Shown piece after piece: positions 1-10,537 of a stretch of 64,000 bases of DNA. This stretch comes from Nitrospirota bacterium. GTDB taxonomy: Bacteria > Nitrospirota > UBA9217. Position numbers and translations under genes: made by a program. The stretch is from positions 768,001-832,000 of the forward strand of contig CAVVUN010000015.1 in NCBI GenBank assembly GCA_963751455.1. The letters are read 5' to 3'. Position 1 is the first letter of the stretch, and each line of letters begins with the position of its first letter. The notes under the pieces were generated by a model that saw nothing but the letters and a program-made list of their open reading frames with translations, had not been told where the DNA came from and made no database searches.

Positions 1-106
1 AGGGAGACAGAGAAGTCTTATAAGAGTTTTTATTTCAAGATATTCTCTGTGTTCTCAGTGATCTCTGTGGCAAAAGATTTTGACAATACATAGTTAGGAG
101 AAAGCC

Positions 107-678
107 ATGAAATTTGTCACACGCGCGATTTTCATATTTGGAATCACCGTTCTGCCGTTAGGCGGGTGCATGATGGGGATGCACGGAATGGACCACGAAC
201 CTTCCCGTCAACAACCCGCGAAATCGACTGAAAAGGAGTTTGCTGATAAGGACATAACCCTTACCCTTGACGTTTCACCCTTCATCATCGGAGAGGATGC
301 AACTCTTACCCTGAAAGCCGAGCCGTCCAGCGCGGAACGCCCGTATCAAGGGCGAAAGTGACTTATCGTATAGCGCTTATCGAAAAAACCGGCGCCGAGC
401 ATATGCAGGATCACGTTAGCGCAACAGATGAGCGTGAAGCACATGAGATCGCGGGGAAAGGCGTCTATCAATTGAGATATCATGTCCATGAAGGCGGCAT
501 CTATAAAATAACAGCCCGGCTAAGGATGGAAGGGAGCGCTGAAGCGGCAGCGCCGCTGTCCGTGTCTCTGACCCAGGAAACCGACCGCCATGGAAACCAT
601 GATGAAACATCGAGAAATACCTGGATGGTAATCGGCGGAATAGGAATGGCGGCGATGATGGCGATCATGATTTTATGA
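107..678 (+). CDS. Met/His-rich putative lipoprotein (FixH/YtkA-like), split by a frameshift near 345
   Basis: RBS GGAG before ATG 107; lipobox-like LGGC followed by MMGMHGMDH; ORFs 107-361 and 358-678 read as one protein ending in a hydrophobic anchor; upstream of a Cu ATPase. Confidence 0.5.
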
Positions 679-868
679 CCGGCGGGGAGAGCTTCAGGGA
701 CCAAAAGGCAAAACACAGAAGCGTTTTCGCGCAAAGCCGCAAAGTCGCGAAGAAAAGCAGATCTTTTTTGGGGTTTTGAATTTAACATTCCAAAAATGTT
801 GATTCTCTTTGCGCGTTTATGCGGCTCTGCGCGAGACAGGCCCAGGTAATTATGCTCGGAGGATAATA

Positions 869-1466
869 ATGAACCTCAGCCCGGTAGAGAGACTGATAGT
901 CAATAATCCTCTGAGAGCGTTTATTCAGCGTCACGGGGAAGGGCCGATGCTGAGAAAGATGGGAGACCGCGAGAAATACCCTGTCTGCCTCGAAATCGGC
1001 TGCGGCAGGGGTGCTGGCGCCCGTGTTATCGCAGAGCAGTTCGGGGCTAAGAAAGTCATCGCCACGGACATAGACCCCAAGCAGATCGAAAGAGCGAAGA
1101 AAACCGTTAAGACGGAGTACAAGGGAGTGATCGAGTTCAAAGTGGAAGATGCCGGGGTCGCTGGAGGAACGGGACAATACATTCGATGCCGTTTTTTCGT
1201 TCGGGGTGATTCACCACCTGGAGGACTGGAAGAAGGGTATAAAAGAGGTTGCAAGAGTTTTAAAACCCGGCGGCGAGTTTTTTTTCGAGGAGCCTCTCAG
1301 GCCAGTCCTCAGAAATGTCTTCACGCGATTGTTCGCGCCCCATCCCCGAGGGGGAGAGTTTAACCATGAAGAGTTTCAAAATGAGCTAAAATTAAACAAC
1401 ATGGAGATACTCAATGTCAGACGCCTCTGGAACCTGGCAATATTCGGAGTCGGGAGGAAGAGATGA
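869..1466 (+). CDS. Class I SAM-dependent methyltransferase, frameshifted near 1150
   Basis: RBS GGAGG before ATG 869; motif [11 protein letters not shown]; continuation [13 protein letters not shown]...ARVLKPGG in the next frame. Confidence 0.8.
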
Positions 1467-3701
1467 AGAACGAAGCCCCAGTTTATACCTGCCCCATGCA
1501 CCCTGAGGTGCGACAAACAGAGCCGGGATCGTGTCCCAAGTGCGGTATGGCGCTCGAGCTTGCCGAGCCGCCGCCTGTCGCATCGAAAACCGAATGGACC
1601 TGTCCCATGCATCCCCAGATAATTCGCGACGCTCCCGGAAACTGCCCGATCTGCGGCATGGCTCTTGAGCCGCGGACAGTAACAGCCAAAGAGGAAGAAA
1701 ACCCTGAGCTTGTTTCGATGACCAGGCGTTTCTGGATAGGGGTTATCCTTTCCGTGCCGCTGGTGATCATCGCAATGCGGGCCTTGATTCCCGGCCTCAA
1801 CCTCGAAAACCTCGTTTCACATAAAATAATGACATGGATCGAACTGTTCCTCGCGACCCCGGTTGTTCTCTGGGGCGGCTGGCCTTTTTTCGTACGGATG
1901 TGGCAGTCGCTCGTAAACCGCAGCCCGAATATGTTCACGCTGATTGGGCTCGGAGTGGGCGTTGCCTACGCTTACAGTATCGTTGCTGTTCTGGCGCCCG
2001 GTCTTTTTCCCTCGTCTTTCCGGACTGCAGAGGGAGGCGTCGGCACGTACTTCGAGGCAGCAGCGGTGATCACCACCCTCGTGCTTCTCGGCCAGGTGCT
2101 TGAGCTACGGGCGCGGAGCAAGACAGGCGCTGCAATCAAAGCTCTTCTCGGCCTGGCACCGAAGACGGCGCGCCGCGTAAAGGATGGTACGGAGGAGGAC
2201 ATCCCTCTCGAACAGGTAACTCCGGGCGAGCTCCTTCGGGTGCGTCCAGGCGAGAAGATACCTGTTGACGGCGTGGTCGCGGAAGGCTCCAGTTCGGTGG
2301 ACGAGTCCATGATCACGGGAGAACCGATGCCCGTCGAGAAAAAGCAGGGAGACCGCGTTATCGGCGCTACCGTGAACGGCACGGGCTCGATCATAATGCG
2401 GGCCGAGAAAGTCGGCTCAGAAACCCTCCTGGCTCAAATAGTTCATATGGTGGCCGAGGCCCAGCGGAGCCGCGCACCGATCCAGAAGCTTGCGGACATC
2501 ATTGCAGGCTACTTCGTTCAGGTCGTGGTCGTCATCGCGGTCATCACCTTCATCGTCTGGGCTTGGATAGGCCCGGAACCGCGATTCGCATATGCCCTTG
2601 TAAACGCGGTGGCTGTTTTGATCATAGCCTGCCCTTGCGCCCTGGGCCTTGCCACCCCCATGTCCATCATGGTCGCAATGGGCAAAGGCGCGACCGGAGG
2701 TGTGCTGTTCAAGAATGCAGAGGCCATCGAGGTGATGAGGAAGGTGGACACGCTCGTTGTCGACAAGACGGGAACGCTTACCCTGGGCAAACCGAAGCTC
2801 GTTGAAGTAGTCTCCTTGGACGGTCTGGATGAAAAATCCCTTCTTCATTTTGCGGCTAGCATCGAGCGCGGCAGCGAACATCCGCTTGCAGCAGCGATCG
2901 TGGCAGGCGCTCAGGAAAAGAGGCGCCACTCTGTCTAATGCCGAGTCCTTCGATTCAAAGACCGGAAGGGGGGTTATGGGAAAAGTTGAGGGCCATGACG
3001 TGGCGCTCGGCAATCGGCAGCTGCTGGAGGAACTCCGCGTCGATCCGGGGCCGTTGTCCGAAAAGGCCGAGGTATTGCGCAAGGAAGGCAAGACTGTAAT
3101 GTTCGTTGCCGTGGATAATAAGCCGGCTGGACTCGTGGGCGTAGCTGATCCGATCAAGGAAACAACGCCTGATGCAGTCAGGTTTCTGCACGATGAAGGC
3201 ATCCGCATTGTGATGCTGACCGGGGACAACCGGCGGACCGCGGAAGTTGTGGCTAAGAAACTTGGCGTCGACGAAGTCATTGCGGAGGTCCTGCCGAACC
3301 AGAAGGCCGAGGTTGTAAAGCGGTTACAGGGCGAAGGGAGATTCGTGGCAATGGCGGGTGACGGCATCAATGACGCGCCGGCGCTTGCGCAGGCGCAGGT
3401 GGGCATTGCCATGGGCACCGGCACGGATGTCGCAATGGAAAGCGCCGGGGTAACGCTTGTAAAAGGGGACCTTCGCGGGATACTCCGTGCGCGGCTCCTC
3501 TCACGAGCCACGATGAAGAACATCAAGCAGAACCTTTTCTTCGCCTTTGTATACAACGCACTCGGCGTCCCGATTGCTGCCGGAGTGCTCTATCCGTTCC
3601 TCGGCATTTTGCTCAGCCCGATTTTTGCCGCAGCGGCAATGAGCTTCAGTTCAGTGTCCGTCATCGGGAACGCGCTCCGGCTGCGGGGGGCGAAGATATA
3701 G
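1463..3701 (+). CDS. copA: Copper-translocating P1B-type ATPase, frameshifted near 2920
   Basis: Two (Y/W)TCPMHP...CPxCGM metal-binding repeats; [34 protein letters not shown] and MSFSS motifs. Confidence 0.93.
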
Positions 3702-3717
3702 GGAGGACGATGTCATC

Positions 3718-4446
3718 ATGGAAAAAACCGCCCGGGTTTGCAAACATTGCGGCGCCCCGATTCAGGGAAACAGTTATATCAAGAAGGAAGCCGGGCTCTT
3801 TCTGGGCGAGGAATGTTATTTCCGCGACACCTTCCTCGACGGCATTGTCGCTGAAATAGAGGCAACCTATCTTGCGACGATAGAGGCCTTCGTGAGCGCC
3901 ATCGATGCCAAGGAACATGAAGTGGGAAACCACTCCCTGCGAGTAACTCAGTTCGCCGTGATGATAGGAAATAAATATGGTATCCAGGGAAGCGACCTCG
4001 TTGATCTCTACTGTGGAGCCCTGCTTCACGACCTCGGCAAGATCGGTATACCTGATGCGGTGCTCTTAAAGAAAGGTCGGCTCGATGCGGAAGAGCTGGC
4101 GATCATGCGCGGGCATCCTGAGATCGGGTACACGATTATAAATCATATTGGATATCTTTCAAAAGCGGCGGAGATCATACGGGCGCATCATGAACACTTT
4201 GACGGTTCAGGATATCCGCGCGGCCTCCAGGGCGCCGAGATACCCTCGGGAGCGAGAGTTTTTGCGGTAGCGGACACACTCGACGCTCTTACGGTAAAGA
4301 GGCCATATAGAGATCCTGTCTCCTATGAGGAGGCCAAGAGGGATATTCTGGCAGCCTCGGGAAAGCTTTTTGACCCGTCGGTGGTTGATGCGTTCATGAA
4401 AGCATCGGATGAACTGAAGGATTTCATCGGCAAGATAATACTCTAA
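3718..4446 (+). CDS. HD-GYP phosphodiesterase with an N-terminal CxxC (TRASH-like) segment
   Basis: LLHDLGKIGIPD, HHEHFDGSGYP, RPYR motifs; N-terminal CKHC...C. Confidence 0.88.
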   Translation: MEKTARVCKHCGAPIQGNSYIKKEAGLFLGEECYFRDTFLDGIVAEIEATYLATIEAFVSAIDAKEHEVGNHSLRVTQFAVMIGNKYGIQGSDLVDLYCGALLHDLGKIGIPDAVLLKKGRLDAEELAIMRGHPEIGYTIINHIGYLSKAAEIIRAHHEHFDGSGYPRGLQGAEIPSGARVFAVADTLDALTVKRPYRDPVSYEEAKRDILAASGKLFDPSVVDAFMKASDELKDFIGKIIL

Positions 4447-4500
4447 AGAATGAACCCGCTTATCGCACCGGCGATGGGGCTTAAAGCAGCGGAGGTAGAC

Positions 4501-4719
4501 ATGATGAGAAAAAAAATCTTTCTTTCGGCGGCGTTGCTGCCCCTCGTTGTCGTGGCTGTCCTTGCCATATTCGGCGCCAAGCTGAACGTCTGGGTCTATA
4601 TTGTGCTTGCCGTTGTCTGTCCTCTTGTTGCCGGCCTAATATGTTTCATCTATAAAGATATTGAGAAAAAGATGGAGACTTTCGAGAAAGAAGCGGGGTG
4701 GCGGAATAAAAGCAGGTGA
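4501..4719 (+). CDS. Small two-TM membrane protein
   Basis: RBS GGAGG before ATG 4501; two hydrophobic segments. Confidence 0.55.
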   Translation: MMRKKIFLSAALLPLVVVAVLAIFGAKLNVWVYIVLAVVCPLVAGLICFIYKDIEKKMETFEKEAGWRNKSR

Positions 4720-4933
4720 AAAAAATCCTCTCTGTATCTTCGGCAGCGACATCCGGCAGCGCCCTCCATGGCGGTTCCTGTATTAAATACTACATTATTT
4801 AGAGCAAGGGATAAATATGGCGATGTCGTTTTATACCGTCCAATTTAGTAACTTCTTGAAATTAGGGCTAATTCTGTTGAGGACGCTTCTGGTCCGCGCC
4901 TTGCAATTTAACTTATTCAAAAGGAGGCGCGAA

Positions 4934-5446
4934 ATGAAAAAAATCCTAGGTTTAGAATTGCTGATAATGGCCGCTATCTGGATGATCTCTTATTCCCCGG
5001 GTTTTAACCATAACGTCGCCACAGCGGAAGCCGCAGATGCAAATGCTGTAAAAGAGACGATGCGGCCGGGCAAACAGATCAGGCAGATAGGCCTGAAGGG
5101 GTACACGTTGACGTACCATCTTCTGGATTTATCGGAACGGGGCGAAATGGTGAAGATGATGGGACACCACTCCGTCTTAGGCTTGAGCAAGAGGCCCGAT
5201 GTGACGAATCACCTTATGGTCTACGTCCAGAAACCCGACGGGAAGATAGTGCCCGGTGAAGTCGCATATCTGTTGACAGGCCCTGACGGAAAGGATTTCA
5301 GGACAATGACCATGGGAATGTATGGCGGTAATGGAGCGGACGTAATCATGAAGCTCAAAGGGGTATATACGATCAGGGCAAAAATCATTCTAGAAGGCAC
5401 GGATGCCGTCAAGCTTGATGATGAATTTACATTCCAGGTGAAGTGA
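4934..5446 (+). CDS. Secreted Met/His-rich hypothetical protein
   Basis: RBS AAGGAGG before ATG 4934; signal-like N-terminus; MMGHH and MTMGM motifs. Confidence 0.6.
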   Translation: MKKILGLELLIMAAIWMISYSPGFNHNVATAEAADANAVKETMRPGKQIRQIGLKGYTLTYHLLDLSERGEMVKMMGHHSVLGLSKRPDVTNHLMVYVQKPDGKIVPGEVAYLLTGPDGKDFRTMTMGMYGGNGADVIMKLKGVYTIRAKIILEGTDAVKLDDEFTFQVK

Positions 5447-5458
5447 CGCGATGGGGTT

Positions 5459-6199
5459 TTGCATGATTGGAAAAAGACGTATTACTTGATCACAATTGCG
5501 GCTTCCACTGGGTTCATCACTTACCTCCATTATTCCGCCGTGCCGGGGCTTCACGCCCTTCATGATCTTTATCTGGAGTTTTACTATCTTCCGATTCTGC
5601 TCGGAGCGCTTGCATTCGGCTTGAAAGGCTCGCTGCTGACCTTCCTTCTCATTTTTGCGCTCTATCTCCCCCATGCGTTCATGATCTGGACGGGAACATT
5701 CCTGCTCGAAGCGAATAAATTTCTGCACCTTCTGCTTCAGGGTTTATTCGCCGTATTTGCCGGTTATCTTATCGACCGCGAACGCCGGCAACGGGAACTG
5801 ATGGAAAGGGAAAGGTATATTTCCGAAATAGGCCGGATTGCGTCTGAAATCGTGCATGATTTAAAAAGCCCGCTTATTGCGATACCGGGTTTCGCTGAAC
5901 GCATCAGGGAGGGCAAAGGAAAGACGGATACGGCGATGCAGGTGATAATCAATTCCGCCGAACAGATGCAAAATATCGTAAACAGCGTGCTTGATTTCGG
6001 CAAGCCGGTCCGGCTTGCGCCTGCACAGGAAAATATAATCAACGTCATCAGGCGCGCGAGCGATGTCTGCGGGATAAAGGCGGAACAAAAAGGCGTGCCG
6101 ATCTCGGTCGACCTTCCTCCTCATGTATTCAATATGATAGGGACCGAGGTAACGATAGAATTGCCGTATAAGCCGGGAATAAAGCCCACAACCGACTGA
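5459..6199 (+). pseudogene. Membrane sensor histidine kinase lacking most of the HATPase_c domain
   Basis: Four TM segments; H-box EIVHDLKSPL; sequence jumps from VDLPP to the terminal GTEVTIELP strand with no N/G1/F/G2 boxes. Confidence 0.7.
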
Positions 6200-6272
6200 A
6201 AATCTGGTATTATTGCGTATTAAAGACCGTATGTTCAGCCGGAAAGGGCAACACGGAAAATGCAAGGGGCTC

Positions 6273-7433
6273 ATGAATTCATTTAAAGTTAAGCTCGGGA
6301 TAGGGATCATGGTCTTGATCGCGGCGTTCATTTCCTCGCAGGTCATGTACCGGAGAAACGTTACGGTCCTTCACGATTACCTGTCGGGCGCTCTCAGCCT
6401 GGCAGAGGAAATGCACAATGCCGAGACGTTTCATTCCTCAATGCACAGCATGCTCATCTATGCGCGCCTTTTTATAAAAAACAATCGAGATTTTGAACGG
6501 GAAGAATATGCGCAGTACAAAAAAGAGGCAAATGGCGCTTTGGAACGGCTCAAACAGCACAATGTAAAAACGGCAAGCTTGGACAGTAACAAGAGCACTC
6601 CGTGTTTGATAAGCGGGGAGTTGCTCGATGCCGTCACCGCTCGTTTTACATCACTGGAAAAATCCTCCGATGCCGTAGTGATCGAGGGAAGCACGACCCC
6701 TGAAAGCTCTCTGGCGAAAGCTAAAATGATCTTTGACGACATCTTTCATAACTATTATATGAAACTTCATGAAAACCATGATATGCAGATCAGCAGGATG
6801 CGGGAGTCGGCCCATAAAGTCAAAGCAATAACGGACTTTTATTTCGCGGCCCAATTGTTTTTCGCCCTTCTTGCCGGCGCGGGTGTGCTGTTCTATATAG
6901 ACAACGTGGTTCTGAAAATGCACGCGGTGACGGAGCGATATGCATTGACGGATTCCCTTACCTCGCTTCACAACAGACGGCATCTCGAGAAATACCTTCC
7001 GGAAGAGATAATGCGCTCAGCGAGATACAAGAGACCGTTCTCGCTTGCCTTGATCGATATCGACAACTTCAAGGCATTCAACGATAACTACGGTCATCCG
7101 GCGGGCGACAAGCTGCTTAAGAACCTCGCCTGCATTATGCAGAGCTCCGTCAGGAAGACGGACATGGTGGCCCGTTACGGAGGAGAGGAATTTATTATTG
7201 TTTTCCCCGAGCTTGATAAAACAACGGCAATCAAGGTCGCCGAAAAAATACGCCTCGCTGTTGCGTCTCATGCGCTCTCGATGCCCGATTTAGAGCCCTA
7301 TCCCTCGGTATCGATAAGCATCGGCCTCGCTGTCTTTCCGGAAGACGGAAATACGGTCGACGATATTGTAAAAAAAGCGGACATCATGCTCTACAAGGCG
7401 AAAAACGAAGGCAAGAACAGAGTAATGGCCTGA
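6273..7433 (+). CDS. Membrane-bound diguanylate cyclase
   Basis: Two TMs around a periplasmic domain; DSLTSLHNRR, DIDNFKAFND, RKTD I-site, YGGEEF. Confidence 0.92.
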   Translation: MNSFKVKLGIGIMVLIAAFISSQVMYRRNVTVLHDYLSGALSLAEEMHNAETFHSSMHSMLIYARLFIKNNRDFEREEYAQYKKEANGALERLKQHNVKTASLDSNKSTPCLISGELLDAVTARFTSLEKSSDAVVIEGSTTPESSLAKAKMIFDDIFHNYYMKLHENHDMQISRMRESAHKVKAITDFYFAAQLFFALLAGAGVLFYIDNVVLKMHAVTERYALTDSLTSLHNRRHLEKYLPEEIMRSARYKRPFSLALIDIDNFKAFNDNYGHPAGDKLLKNLACIMQSSVRKTDMVARYGGEEFIIVFPELDKTTAIKVAEKIRLAVASHALSMPDLEPYPSVSISIGLAVFPEDGNTVDDIVKKADIMLYKAKNEGKNRVMA

Positions 7434-7605
7434 ATCTTTCCTTCGTCGCCGAGAATACCTTTGCGATGTGTAGGGGTTCGTTCACAAAGAAATATGGGAA
7501 CTGTGACGAGCATGTTACTGGCCATCTTCGGAAGGGCTGCTTGCCGGCAATTCGAACAGCTGATGGTGGTCCCAAAGGCTGCGGCATGAGGCGTTATGGA
7601 AGGAA

Positions 7606-8013
7606 ATGGAAAACATGAAGAAGACTAGCATGGTAATAGCGTTTTTTTTGCTCCTGCCTTTACAGGCATTTCCTGCGCAAACATCCGAGCATGCGTCTCA
7701 TCCCCATGTGCATAAGAAGTACGCTCAATTGAAAAATCCTGTCCCTCCGACCAATGAGTCATTCCAAAAGGGAAGGGAGATTTTTGAAAAGCAATGCATC
7801 GCCTGCCACGGCAAGGACACAAGAGGCGGCATCGGTCCCGAGCTCACGGACGAACAATGGATTCACGGTTCCAGTGACGGAGAGATATTTCATGTTATTT
7901 CCGCCGGTGTGGCAAGCACCGCTATGAAAGGGTACAAGGACGAGTTGTCTGACGAAATGCGGTGGCATCTGGTGAATTACATCCGGAGCATTGGGAAAAA
8001 ACGAAGCAAATGA
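7606..8013 (+). CDS. Periplasmic monoheme c-type cytochrome
   Basis: Signal peptide; CIACH heme motif; IGPELTD...WIHG; distal Met. Confidence 0.9.
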   Translation: MENMKKTSMVIAFFLLLPLQAFPAQTSEHASHPHVHKKYAQLKNPVPPTNESFQKGREIFEKQCIACHGKDTRGGIGPELTDEQWIHGSSDGEIFHVISAGVASTAMKGYKDELSDEMRWHLVNYIRSIGKKRSK

Positions 8014-9273
8014 ACGTACGCGGCGTACACAGAAAATTGATAGCGCGACTCGCGGTCGGATGGTTCGTTCTTTCCGCTGCTATCGGCGTTGTTGTCTTTA
8101 TCCTGGAAATAAGGAAGGTGGATGAATTCGTGGTCGACCTCGCCTTCTCGGAATCGAAGTCGTTTACGAAAGACGAGGAAGACCGGATCAACAATCCTGA
8201 TCCTGAGCATCGCGCGATTCTTCTTGCGAAAAGCAAGGAACATATAGCCATGGGTCATTTCATCGTCGTCCATTTGTACGGCAGGGACGGCCGGAAGATT
8301 CTTTCCGTCAGTCAACCGGGAAGAGAACTTATCGAGGTTCTGAACCCTTACCCCTCAACATTCAAGCCCGATACCGCCGATTACCGGACATTTTACCTGG
8401 ACGGGTATCCGGCAGTGCATGTTTCCGTGCCGCTTATGCAAAGGGCAGGCGAAATCAGTGGGCGTTTTGAAGGCGTTTACCTGACGGACCCGAAGACGGC
8501 ATCCGCCATGAAAGGACGTGTAGCATCCTCACTTGTGCAGACATCGGTTGTAGTCCTGCTTGCTACGGTCCTGCTCTATCCCGTCATCATTTCCCTGAAT
8601 CGGAACCTGCTGAAGTCGAGTGTGGATTTATCAAGGGCGAACATCGGAATGCTCAAAGTGCTCGGCAGCGCGGTGGCCAAACGGGACAGCGATACGAACA
8701 GTCATAACTACCGGGTAACCTTGTATGCCGTCAGCCTAGCTGAAGCGATTGGTATATCCAGCGATGAGATACGGAAACTGATGAAAGGAGCTTTTCTGCA
8801 CGACCTTGGCAAGATCGGCGTCAGCGATGCAATCCTGCTCAAGCCCGGTAAACTCAGTCCGGAGGAGTTTGAAATCATAAAAACGCACCCCCCGGCACGG
8901 CGCGGAGATCATCGGCAGGTATGCCTGGCTGCAGGATGCAATGGATGTGGTGAAACATCATCATGAGAAATTCAACGGCACGGGATATCCTGCGGGATTG
9001 ACAGGAAATGCAATTCCGCTGTCGGCACGCATATTTACGATCGCGGACGTGTTCGACGCGCTCACCTCGAGACGGCCTTATAAGGCCCCGCTGCCGTTCA
9101 AGGAAGCGATGACGGTCCTCGAACTGGAGTCCGGAGAGTTTCACGACCCCGGATTGCTCGCCGCGTTCCGTGTGCAGGCTGAAGCCCTTCACCGGGAAAT
9201 CGGCAGTGCCGATGACGCTGTGCTGGAAAAAATGCTGGACGAGCTAATCAGAAAATATTTTCCCGAAGGGTGA
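8010..9273 (+). CDS. Membrane HD-GYP phosphodiesterase, frameshifted near 8890
   Basis: ATGA overlap with the cytochrome stop; two TMs; FLHDLGKIG; HHEKFNGTGYP in the next frame; shift at a C-run. Confidence 0.85.
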
Positions 9274-9626
9274 CGTGGCTGTCATCGCCGATGGAGTCGT
9301 TCGGAGATGACAAACCATTTACATAGCCAATGGGAAAGAAGCCGTACCGGAATTTAAACAAAAGACTTGACACCCCTCAAACAACTAAAGTATTATTAAA
9401 AAAAATCGATAAGATAGATAACAGAATGAATAAATGCATATATGATTATCGTCCTGAAATAAGGATTGGCCGCGCGTTAACGCCCCGCATGCGGAATTAA
9501 ACTATAGAGAGGAGGTTAAGCAAACAGACGGTAAATACCAGCAAGCGGCCTCTTTTCCAGCAAGAAGAGAACTAACATCCGGATCAAACATTATTGACAC
9601 ATCAAATGAAAAAGGAGGAACATAAA

Positions 9627-10034
9627 TTGAAAATCATTTCTCTAAGTGCGTTTGTGATGTTTCTGGGCTTAAGCTTAATCTCTGCAAGAAGCAGCATGGC
9701 GGAAAATCCCGTGACTCATCCCGGGCCGATGGATCATGACACGGGTAAAATCGAAACGGATTCCAAAGCATCCCCCGACGGGTCAGGAGTGAAGCCATCA
9801 AGCGATAAGAAAAAGGCGAAAAGCAAGGGCAGCGTGAATCCCGCGACCCATTCCGGCCCGATGTATCATGACACTGGTACTATTGAAACAGGTTCAACCG
9901 GATCTCACGACGGGTCAGGAGCAAAGCCATCAAGCGATAAGAAAAAGGCGAAAAGCAAGGGCAGCGTGAATCCCGCGACCCATTCAGGGCCGATGGATCA
10001 TGACACAGGTACTATCGAAACGGCTCCCAAATGA
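9627..10034 (+). CDS. Secreted protein with 44-aa tandem repeats (HxGPMxHDTG)
   Basis: RBS AAGGAGG before TTG 9627; signal peptide; 132-bp repeat unit, about 2.5 copies. Confidence 0.7.
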   Translation: MKIISLSAFVMFLGLSLISARSSMAENPVTHPGPMDHDTGKIETDSKASPDGSGVKPSSDKKKAKSKGSVNPATHSGPMYHDTGTIETGSTGSHDGSGAKPSSDKKKAKSKGSVNPATHSGPMDHDTGTIETAPK

Positions 10035-10117
10035 ATCGCACGTCTAATCAGGAGTGCAGCCTCAAGGGCAGTATAGTGATATGACGCTCCTTATTGACAT
10101 CTCCCTAAAAATTGATC

Positions 10118-10148
10118 TAAAGCAGGCTGACCTTCAGCCTGCTTTTTT
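10118..10148 (+). terminator. Rho-independent terminator
   Basis: AAAGCAGGCTGA-cct-TCAGCCTGCTTT followed by a T run. Confidence 0.75.
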
Positions 10149-10203
10149 ATGATGTGTATCCGGCAGGACGCACAGGAAAACTCAGTATTAAACGGAATTA
10201 TTC

Positions 10204-10218
10204 TGGCATAGCGATTGC
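10204..10218 (+). promoter_or_regulatory. sigma54 -24/-12 promoter
   Basis: TGGCATAGCGATTGC matches TGGCA(C/T)-N5-TTGC with exact GG-N10-GC spacing. Confidence 0.65.
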
Positions 10219-10228
10219 GGCTCGTATA

Positions 10229-10324
10229 AGTAAAAATAGTTTACTAACATCTTCATCGGGGAGGCGTCACAACCGCCTCCCTCTCCCTCGGGGGAGCGGA
10301 ATAATCGGCCGCTCCCCCTTTTTT
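10229..10324 (+). ncRNA. Candidate ~95-nt small RNA
   Basis: Directly downstream of the sigma54 motif; AU-rich 5' end, hairpin GGGAGGCG/CGCCTCCC, then terminator hairpin GGGGGAGCGG/CCGCTCCCCC plus T run; no credible ORF. Confidence 0.5.
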
Positions 10325-10537
10325 AGCGGCATAATCATGATATTCTCTGTCTTTAGAAAATGCACTCATCCGTCCACTCCTCTTCTTTCCTACTAATGAT
10401 CACTGTGTTCGTTTACAGACCCCTTGATTCAATCGATTAATTGTCGTAATATGACTTTAGTGCTAATTGGGTGCTGTCACTCAGAGGCCTATCGGAAAGG
10501 AACATCCGGGGATGTTCAAGGCGCAGAGTATTGAACG

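Noticed and set aside
2900-2945. Programmed frameshift in copA producing a chaperone, as in E. coli
   Set aside because: The shift is in the nucleotide-binding domain rather than after the metal-binding domain, and similar indels affect many unrelated genes.
4450-9570. Fluoride or c-di-GMP riboswitch (GGCGATGG-like starts near 4470, 5448, 9287; long leader 9440-9590)
   Set aside because: The required downstream pairing and conserved motifs could not be found by eye; an Rfam scan would settle it.
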